From IMG/VR virus record IMGVR_UViG_3300020045_009151, positions 1 to 25,182 of that record: 25,182 nt of DNA. One strand, given 5' to 3'. The notes under the pieces were generated by a model, which worked only from the letters and a program-made list of their open reading frames with translations, was not told the origin of the DNA and searched no databases. This DNA is from a virus (lineage: Duplodnaviria > Caudoviricetes). Shown here in pieces: positions 16,398 through 22,615 of this stretch (within the stretch, counting starts at the first letter, position 1; each line of letters opens with the position of its first letter). The translations under genes and the position numbers were made by a program.

Positions 16398-16603
16398 CCA
16401 CCCCAGAGGAAATAGCGCGGATCGCTAAGGGGCTGACGAAGGCGCAGCGCCTATGGTTGCTATCAGGCAGGCAACCACAAGGCGGCGGCAAATGGCCGGT
16501 GCATAACGCGCTCATCGACAAGGGTTTGGCTAAAGGGTGGCCTTGGACGCTCACCCCCCTCGGCCTCGCCATCCGCACCTATCTCATGGAGAACCCCCAA
16601 TGA
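16394..16603 (+). CDS. small winged-helix-like hypothetical protein
   Basis: LTKAQR...ALIDKGLA...LTPLGLAIR. Confidence 0.7.
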   Translation: MTTPEEIARIAKGLTKAQRLWLLSGRQPQGGGKWPVHNALIDKGLAKGWPWTLTPLGLAIRTYLMENPQ

Positions 16604-17034
16604 CCGACTGCACCTTCACCGATGATGATACCTCAATCAGTCCCGTGCTCGGCCCTGAATATCGAGCCAGCAACCGACTTGCAGAAGCGATGATAGCTAA
16701 GTTCGATGCCGAACACCTCAAGCCATTGGTGGACAAAGTGGCTGACGAGTTCCGTGATAAGTTGTGGAGCGATGTTACCGATTGGCTTCTGGCGGATGCC
16801 GAGCAGAACGTGGCGGGGCAAGTCCGTTACATGGTCGAGCAGACGATGCAAGCCCTTCTAACCGGCAAAGTTTGGGCGATGAACCGCTACCCATATGCCG
16901 ACTACACAAAGGGCGAGGAAGTTCGCAAGGCCGTTTGCGCCCACGGCGGCGAAACGCTGATGGCGCGCCGGATTGCCGACCTTGAAGCCGAACTCGCAAA
17001 GAAAGAGGAGACAATTTCATGGCTGAGACGATGA
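16600..17034 (+). CDS. hypothetical protein
   Basis: GGAG RBS; ATGA overlap. Confidence 0.75.
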   Translation: MTDCTFTDDDTSISPVLGPEYRASNRLAEAMIAKFDAEHLKPLVDKVADEFRDKLWSDVTDWLLADAEQNVAGQVRYMVEQTMQALLTGKVWAMNRYPYADYTKGEEVRKAVCAHGGETLMARRIADLEAELAKKEETISWLRR

Positions 17035-17306
17035 CCGACCTATCCAAAACCCTGCGCGAGTTGGCGGCGGATGCAAAAGGCCCGTGGCTGTCTATTCCGG
17101 GCGATCCAGCTTGGCTTAACGAGCGGGACGAAAAGAAGGCAATTGAGACCGGCATCACAAACCTTCTCCGCAACAACCTCCCAACCATCCTCACCGCGCT
17201 CGAATTGCAAGAGCGGGTGAACGCGGCGGGCGGCTATATGCTGACCCAAGGTAACCCGCTCATGCCGCAATCTGGCAGCGCCGCAACCCTGAAAGGCGAC
17301 CAATGA
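17031..17306 (+). CDS. hypothetical protein (Ead/Ea22-like N-terminus)
   Basis: LRELAADAKGPW...RNNLPTILTALE. Confidence 0.65.
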   Translation: MTDLSKTLRELAADAKGPWLSIPGDPAWLNERDEKKAIETGITNLLRNNLPTILTALELQERVNAAGGYMLTQGNPLMPQSGSAATLKGDQ

Positions 17307-17434
17307 CCATCACAATACCCATGTGGGCCATTTACATTCTTGCCGGTGTGATCGGCTTAGGCGTTCTCGCCCTTGCTGTCCTAGGCGTGTTTTTCATTAT
17401 TACGATGTGGGGGATTTCAGGGGGGTGGCGATGA
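17303..17434 (+). CDS. 43-aa single-TM membrane protein
   Basis: Hand-found MTITIPMWAIYILAGVIGLGVLALAVLGVFFIITMWGISGGWR; ATGA overlaps at both ends. Confidence 0.7.
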   Translation: MTITIPMWAIYILAGVIGLGVLALAVLGVFFIITMWGISGGWR

Positions 17435-17781
17435 CCGAAGAACAACACGCAGAGGCTATCTTGCGGGCGGCCTACCCGTTCTCCGCCAGATGCGCAACGA
17501 GCTGGGCCGATTTGGCGTTGGTGCTTCATCTTGAAGCCGTCCTCACCGCCCTCCGAGCCTATGGCGACGAGCGGGCTGCGGAGATGAAGGGGAGGGCGGC
17601 GAATGCAGTAGCCCCCGCAATGAACGCTAAAGGGCCGTTTGCCTTCCATGCGTCAGACGCCATCCGCGCCCTACCCCTACAGGAGCCAAAGAAGGCCCCT
17701 GCCACCGTGATAGAACCGGCTGAACCTTTTGGCCGTGAAAGCGGACTTCGCCCCGGCTTTTACGAGGATGACATGCCATGA
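17431..17781 (+). CDS. hypothetical protein
   Basis: ATGA coupling at both ends. Confidence 0.65.
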   Translation: MTEEQHAEAILRAAYPFSARCATSWADLALVLHLEAVLTALRAYGDERAAEMKGRAANAVAPAMNAKGPFAFHASDAIRALPLQEPKKAPATVIEPAEPFGRESGLRPGFYEDDMP

Positions 17782-18086
17782 CAGATCAGGTGAAAGTGAC
17801 GGCGGCGGATAGGGAATTTGCCTAAGCGGTTTTGCGCTTGCAGGGGGAGGAACACGCCTACCTTGCTGCGCTTTTGGAAGGCAATCACGACAATGACATG
17901 GTGGTGATCTTGGCCGCCCGCCACCGGATCGCCTCACAAGAGCAAGCGGTTAGGGCTGCGATTGAGGCGGCGGCTCAATGTGCAGAACAATGTTGGGAAT
18001 ACGGGGCGGCACCCGTGAAGTATGCAGAGGCAATACGCCGCACCCTCGACCCCGCCCAGATCACGAAAGGACTGAGTGATGATTGA
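17778..18086 (+). pseudogene. hypothetical gene interrupted by an in-frame TAA at 17823
   Basis: MTDQVKVTAADREFA*AVLRLQGEE... is in one frame; coupled ATGA start with GAGG upstream. Confidence 0.65.
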
Positions 18087-18639
18087 TTATGGTCGGTTGG
18101 TGGCGTTGCTGAAAAATAAAGCGTGGGGCGAGAACGACGACCACGAATGTTTTTTGTCCGCTGGCGATATGCGCCAAGCCGCCACCGCAATCGAAACCCT
18201 CCGCGCCGAGGTGGAGGAGTTGAAGCGGAACGTGAAATATACGGATGGCCTTGTGCAAGATTGGCGGCGAATTGCCAATGCAATGGGCTACGAGCCGTCC
18301 GCTCTCGACACAGCTAAACCTATACCCGAATGGCTGACTATACGAATTGCAATGTTCAAACAAATTCTAATCGAGGAAGCTACAGAAACCCTTCGCGCCG
18401 AACTTGCTTCCACCGAGGAGAGGCTGGGCGAGGCGCAGGAAGAATTGCAGAAAATCGCAGAAGCAGTCGGAGAGGGCGACGATCCGTGGTCTGCTTGGGA
18501 AACAATTGACCTGATTATCCGCCGAGAGGAAATTTATCGCAAAGCGATGCAGGAAGTTATCTGCGCACCGAGTGGCGGGCGGGCTGTTGAGATTGCACAC
18601 CGCGCTAATCGTCTCGCCAAGCAGGAGCCAAGCCAATGA
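18079..18639 (+). CDS. hypothetical mosaic coiled-coil protein
   Basis: Internal ETLRAE repeat; overlaps neighbours. Confidence 0.7.
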   Translation: MIDYGRLVALLKNKAWGENDDHECFLSAGDMRQAATAIETLRAEVEELKRNVKYTDGLVQDWRRIANAMGYEPSALDTAKPIPEWLTIRIAMFKQILIEEATETLRAELASTEERLGEAQEELQKIAEAVGEGDDPWSAWETIDLIIRREEIYRKAMQEVICAPSGGRAVEIAHRANRLAKQEPSQ

Positions 18640-18719
18640 CTATACCACAAGCAATTTTGATCATTGTTGCGCTTGCGCTTGGCTTACTTTTAATTACCGG
18701 AAAATACACAGGAAGGTAA
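18636..18719 (+). CDS. 27-aa hydrophobic peptide
   Basis: MTIPQAILIIVALALGLLLITGKYTGR; AGGAG RBS; ATGA overlap. Confidence 0.5.
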   Translation: MTIPQAILIIVALALGLLLITGKYTGR

Positions 18720-18779
18720 TATGTGCTTTAATGATGATCATTTTGAGTTTGGCTTTCTATTATTTCGAGGTGACATGCC

Positions 18780-19739
18780 ATGACTGATATGCCGAGTGAG
18801 TTGGTGGATAAACTTCTGAAAGATTTTTATCTATCAACGTCCTTTGAACCAAAGGCTGAACGAAACGCGGATACAGTGCGCGCTGCTATCCAGTTCACCA
18901 TCGCAGCCCTCACCGACCACCAGAGCGCGGGGGAGCCTGTGGCTTGGATGTATGATAGCGGCGGCTTCAAGACGCTGGAAGTGAGGGTGGATAGGCGTGA
19001 AGTAGTTCCTCGCGGCTACACAGAAACCCCGCTCTACGCAGCCCCACAGACTGCGCCAACTTGTAAGCCATCGTTACAAGTTGCCCCATCCGGCGAAGTG
19101 CGGGACGAGTTCATTGCCGAGGCGCTGCGGTTGCTAGGTCTTACCCATGCAGAATTTTACGAAGCCGACTATGTGGCGAAACTCGCCGCCACCCTGCAAA
19201 AGCTGGCTGAGGTGGAGGATAAACTGGATCGGATTGCATACAAGGATCGCGACCTTTCATCCGGCCTTAGCTGGGATGGGCATGTGATCTGCGGTGATGC
19301 AAAAGCTATTGATGCTGTCAAAAAGGCTCTCCATTACAGCAGCCAGATTGATGAGTATCGAAAGGGTTTTGTAGAGCGAACAGACGCCCTCACCGCCAAA
19401 CTGGGAGAGGAACGCGAGGCCCGTCTTATCAGTGAAACCTGTGCCGTGAAGACGCAAGAAATGCTCATGGAAGTTCTGGATGTGGAGAAGGCCAAGCTGG
19501 CCGAGGTGGAGGCAAGCCGTCGATCCATAGCGCATCGAGCCTATGGGATCATCGACGCCCTCCTGCTTTATGCGACATGCTGCCCGAATGATAGCCACGC
19601 CGAAGAGGGCATGGGCTTTGCGATGCAATTGCGTAAAGCCTTGGGGATTAAGACCCTCCCCCGCGTCCATGGGCAAATCAAGCCACTCGAACAATTTCAG
19701 CCTGTGCCTGACCTCGCCCAGATCGGGGAGGTGGGGTGA
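18780..19739 (+). CDS. Eaa/Ead-like mosaic early protein
   Basis: EPVAWMY...ETPLYAAPQ motif; repeated KLAEVE segments; GAGG RBS. Confidence 0.75.
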   Translation: MTDMPSELVDKLLKDFYLSTSFEPKAERNADTVRAAIQFTIAALTDHQSAGEPVAWMYDSGGFKTLEVRVDRREVVPRGYTETPLYAAPQTAPTCKPSLQVAPSGEVRDEFIAEALRLLGLTHAEFYEADYVAKLAATLQKLAEVEDKLDRIAYKDRDLSSGLSWDGHVICGDAKAIDAVKKALHYSSQIDEYRKGFVERTDALTAKLGEEREARLISETCAVKTQEMLMEVLDVEKAKLAEVEASRRSIAHRAYGIIDALLLYATCCPNDSHAEEGMGFAMQLRKALGIKTLPRVHGQIKPLEQFQPVPDLAQIGEVG

Positions 19740-19764
19740 TGGCACTTGACCCTGCACGAGGGCT

Positions 19765-19791
19765 GGGGGATGCACCCGTAGGTCATCCCCC
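19765..19791. terminator. GC-rich hairpin between convergent early and lysis operons
   Basis: GGGGGATG...CATCCCCC; no clear U-tract. Confidence 0.45.
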
Positions 19792-19825
19792 CCATTACGC
19801 TAGCGATATGCAAGCAGTGATCGGC

Positions 19826-20344
19826 CTAGCGGTTAAGCCCCAAAGCCCACTCCCGAGCCGCCATCCCATAGGTCACCCATTGGTCACAGGCTTGCACGTC
19901 TCGTTCGGGGAGCGCCACGAGGGCAGGGGCGGGCAAGTATGGAAGAACTGCGGCACTTCCACCTTGGGCGCTGGCAATGGCTTGGCCGGTTGGATGCGGA
20001 TCTTGGGGCCGCACCCTATGAGCGGCAATGTAAGCAGCAAGGCGGCTGCTACCGGACGCAAGGCCCGCTTGGTATCGTTCATCAGCGGCATTGGCTAGGC
20101 TCCTGTATTTTGCCTCTTGGGCGGATTTGGCTTGCTCTGCGGCGGCGAGGGCTTCCCGTTGCGCGGTCTGGTATGCGTGGTTCGTGCTAGCCAGCTTGTC
20201 GCGGTATCGGTCACCACGCTGCCACGATAGCCAGCAAAGCCCCAGAGACGCCACCAGAGCGCAATGCACCGGATAGCGCCCCGCCTGTAAGCCTAGGCGC
20301 GACAGGAGGCCCCAGAGGCGGCCTAGGAGGGTTAGGGGGATCAT
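19826..20344 (-). CDS. Rz: i-spanin (Rz-like)
   Basis: N-terminal hydrophobic segment, Ala-rich coiled coil, C-terminal Cys; last gene of the lysis cassette. Confidence 0.82.
   Translation of the reverse strand: MIPLTLLGRLWGLLSRLGLQAGRYPVHCALVASLGLCWLSWQRGDRYRDKLASTNHAYQTAQREALAAAEQAKSAQEAKYRSLANAADERYQAGLASGSSRLAAYIAAHRVRPQDPHPTGQAIASAQGGSAAVLPYLPAPALVALPERDVQACDQWVTYGMAAREWALGLNR
19873..20082 (-). CDS. Rz1: o-spanin lipoprotein (Rz1-like), fully embedded in Rz
   Basis: MNDTKRALRPVAAALLLTLPLIG-C lipobox followed by a Pro-rich chain with two more Cys, in an alternative frame within Rz. Confidence 0.82.
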   Translation of the reverse strand: MNDTKRALRPVAAALLLTLPLIGCGPKIRIQPAKPLPAPKVEVPQFFHTCPPLPSWRSPNETCKPVTNG

Positions 20345-20544
20345 TGCGGCGTGTCCTGTTGCTGGCGCGGGCGGAACGACATGGCTAGCGTGGTCAAGCC
20401 GCCGGTGATGCTGCCCAGCCCGAACGCTTCGATCTTTCCCAGAGCATCCGGCACAAGATAGACCGCCCAGAACGACAGCGCCAAGACAATGACCAGCGTT
20501 ACCAGCGTGGCAATGAAGGCGATCAGGCTATGGTGCTGGCTCAT
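20341..20544 (-). CDS. putative holin (2 TM)
   Basis: Two hydrophobic segments and a polar C-tail; between endolysin and spanins with ATGA overlaps. Confidence 0.65.
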   Translation of the reverse strand: MSQHHSLIAFIATLVTLVIVLALSFWAVYLVPDALGKIEAFGLGSITGGLTTLAMSFRPRQQQDTPQ

Positions 20545-20939
20545 GGATAGGCCCCCCAAGGAAGCTGCCAGTGCGGCCCATCACGAAAACGCGCCCAATC
20601 GCCGCCCCACTCAATCGGAACGCCAACATCGGCGGCAGCTTGCTTCACCACCTTGGCTAGCTTGTGATAAAGCGGCCAATCCCAAGACACTTGGCTCCCG
20701 ATCATGGGGGCCAGATCAACAGCGCGGCTTTTGCCGTCTGCGCTTGGTAGGTGGCGCGACTTCATTGTTTTGCTGGCACCCTTGGCCACCAATTCCTTTT
20801 GGCGCTCCACAGTCCGCAAAACCTCCAGGACAGTAAAGTCCAGATCCGAGATTGCCGCCGCCCGCATAACCACCTTGGCAAGGTCTGGATGCGCGCCCTC
20901 AAGGCGATAGAGCGATTTTGCCGATAGTGAGATTGTCAT
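20541..20939 (-). CDS. endolysin, peptidase M15 (L-Ala-D-Glu endopeptidase-like)
   Basis: EVLRTVERQ...SRH...AVD...IEWGGDW...DGPHWQL zinc-ligand pattern. Confidence 0.93.
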   Translation of the reverse strand: MTISLSAKSLYRLEGAHPDLAKVVMRAAAISDLDFTVLEVLRTVERQKELVAKGASKTMKSRHLPSADGKSRAVDLAPMIGSQVSWDWPLYHKLAKVVKQAAADVGVPIEWGGDWARFRDGPHWQLPWGAYP

Positions 20940-20940
20940 A

Positions 20941-21180
20941 TCACTTCCCCCCAATGTCGCAAGGAATAGGCCCGTTCCCGCCGTTGTTCAGCCGGTCTAG
21001 CTGGCGAATAACGCAAGGGATCTGGGTTTGCAGCGTTTCAATCTTGGCAAGCCGATCATCGATCTTAACCAGCGCCTCATTCGTTTTCGTGCTGTTCGTG
21101 GTGTAGGACTGAAACGCTAGGATCGCCCCCATTACGATTGCGGCGATATTCTGTCGGATTATCTCCAGAACTGCGTTCAT
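20941..21180 (-). CDS. 79-aa single-TM protein with coiled coil and two Cys (holin/antiholin candidate)
   Basis: MNAVLEIIRQNIAAIVMGAILAF...IPC...IPC; ATGA coupling; directly upstream of the endolysin. Confidence 0.7.
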   Translation of the reverse strand: MNAVLEIIRQNIAAIVMGAILAFQSYTTNSTKTNEALVKIDDRLAKIETLQTQIPCVIRQLDRLNNGGNGPIPCDIGGK

Positions 21181-21605
21181 CGCACACCGCCAGCATGATG
21201 AGCATGGCGGAAAATACGCAGAGAGCAAGCAATGCCATATCGAGCAGCATCTATACCCCCCCATGCAGCCAGAATAGCCAATTGCCCCCATCCCAAAGCG
21301 CGTTCCATGCTGGCATAGGCGTAAATATCCGCACTGCCGCTCACCAATATGCGCGCCAGCGTTCCGCCATGAATACACAACATTGCTACGAAAATCAATG
21401 ATATGGCTTTATACGCAAGGTGCCTAGAACCAAAGGCCAGCAAACAGCCCGCCAAAGCGTCGGCACTCACGAAAAGCCATATGCTTTCCGCCCGCCCTGC
21501 GCCCTCAATTAAGCCAGCGGCGAACAGAATGCACCAAGCGAACAGCTTTCGGCGGCTCCCCACCATGAAGGGGAAAATCACCAGCATAGTAGGGAGCCAC
21601 TCCAT
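21177..21605 (-). CDS. 142-aa multi-pass membrane protein
   Basis: About 4-5 hydrophobic segments; ATG 21605 overlaps the peptide stop (TGATG). Confidence 0.75.
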   Translation of the reverse strand: MEWLPTMLVIFPFMVGSRRKLFAWCILFAAGLIEGAGRAESIWLFVSADALAGCLLAFGSRHLAYKAISLIFVAMLCIHGGTLARILVSGSADIYAYASMERALGWGQLAILAAWGGIDAARYGIACSLRIFRHAHHAGGVR

Positions 21606-21685
21606 CACACGTCTGCCGGAGTTGGGGCAGGCGTTGGGGTGGGCGTTGGGGTTGGGGTGGGCAAAGGTTGGTTGGGGCCAGACAT
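21605..21685 (-). CDS. 26-aa Pro-Thr repeat peptide
   Basis: Hand-found MSGPNQPLPTPTPTPTPTPAPTPADV; strong GAGGAG SD; third codon positions vary across the repeat. Confidence 0.72.
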   Translation of the reverse strand: MSGPNQPLPTPTPTPTPTPAPTPADV

Positions 21686-21690
21686 AGTAG

Positions 21691-21825
21691 TTACTCCTCG
21701 TTGTTGAACTGTTCAAAATGAACGCCGGAATCATCGCGCCAAACCAGCCAGCAGCCCGCCTTGGCGATGCGCTGGGCGTGGCCTTGCTCGACCTCGCGGA
21801 TTGCGGATTTGAGATCGGGGGGCAT
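21691..21825 (-). CDS. hypothetical 44-aa protein
   Basis: Hand-found MPPDLKSAIREVEQGHAQRIAKAGCWLVWRDDSGVHFEQFNNEE; TGATG coupling to the upstream gene. Confidence 0.6.
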   Translation of the reverse strand: MPPDLKSAIREVEQGHAQRIAKAGCWLVWRDDSGVHFEQFNNEE

Positions 21826-22613
21826 CAGATCGCAACGCCACGGCGGGCGCAGAATGCCTTTGCCCATGTGTAAAAGGAGGCCAGATCGCTGTCGGAAAGA
21901 GACGTACTCCAGAGAGCAAACATATAATATTCGATAGGGTCTTGGCCGTCTGCGGAATAGCTTGAGCCAAGGCGCATAGGAGCGCTGCCCTTGTCACGGA
22001 CGCCGCTCGAACGAGTTGCAGAATTTTTGACGCCGGAGGTCAGGTCGTTGAACGTCACCGTCCCCGCTGTTTCAGCATCACGTAGGGCGATAGCCCTCGC
22101 ACCCGAGGGAGACGCAATCGTTTCACCTGAAGGCCCAATCAAACCCGAAGCCCCGCCCGGTGATCCGCTATATTTCGAGAAAAAGCCCGTCAGGACTTGG
22201 CTGCCTGCGGAATTTGACATTTGCAGGCCTGTGCCGATCACGCTGGTAGTATCGGTCAAAGAACGCGGCGATGGGTAGTTAGAGATTGGCCAACCGGAGT
22301 TAGCGCCAGCGCCGCCGATCTTGGGGATGGCAAACATTGTCATGTTGTCGGTTTCGTAAATGCCGGTTTGGAGATAGTTGCTCCCCGATTTGAGCGTTGC
22401 GCCAAAGCCCGCACCATCCAAAACGGGAGCGCCGACAATAGCCGCGTCAACGCCGCCCGGTGCCCAATTTTTAGCAATAGCCGACACAGGAAGCGCCGCT
22501 GTGCTATCTGGCAGCATGATAAACAAGCCCACCATAGATGCCTGCGCGGGGGTGATAAGCCCGCTGGAATATTTTGCGCCGACAGTATCGCCAGTGTTAA
22601 TTGCAACGCCCAT
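21825..22613 (-). CDS. putative tail-associated LamG/concanavalin-A-like protein
   Basis: Beta-rich, Gly/Ser/Thr-rich; NYLQTGI, MRLGS, FALWSTSLSDSDL; GGAGG RBS; follows the tailspike. Confidence 0.65.
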   Translation of the reverse strand: MGVAINTGDTVGAKYSSGLITPAQASMVGLFIMLPDSTAALPVSAIAKNWAPGGVDAAIVGAPVLDGAGFGATLKSGSNYLQTGIYETDNMTMFAIPKIGGAGANSGWPISNYPSPRSLTDTTSVIGTGLQMSNSAGSQVLTGFFSKYSGSPGGASGLIGPSGETIASPSGARAIALRDAETAGTVTFNDLTSGVKNSATRSSGVRDKGSAPMRLGSSYSADGQDPIEYYMFALWSTSLSDSDLASFYTWAKAFCARRGVAI

Positions 22614-22615
22614 GA

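Noticed and set aside
17823-17825. Genome-wide stop-codon reassignment
   Set aside because: TAA, TGA and TAG all end genes normally and long ORFs are intact; this is an isolated case.
19736-20098. 120-aa plus-strand ORF after the last early gene
   Set aside because: Runs through the hairpin and antisense across the doubly coding Rz/Rz1 region; unlikely despite its GTGA overlap.
21606-21734. N-terminal extension of the 185-aa ORF (HPNPNAHPN)
   Set aside because: Better explained by the peptide ORF with a strong SD in another frame, plus a coupled ATG at 21605.
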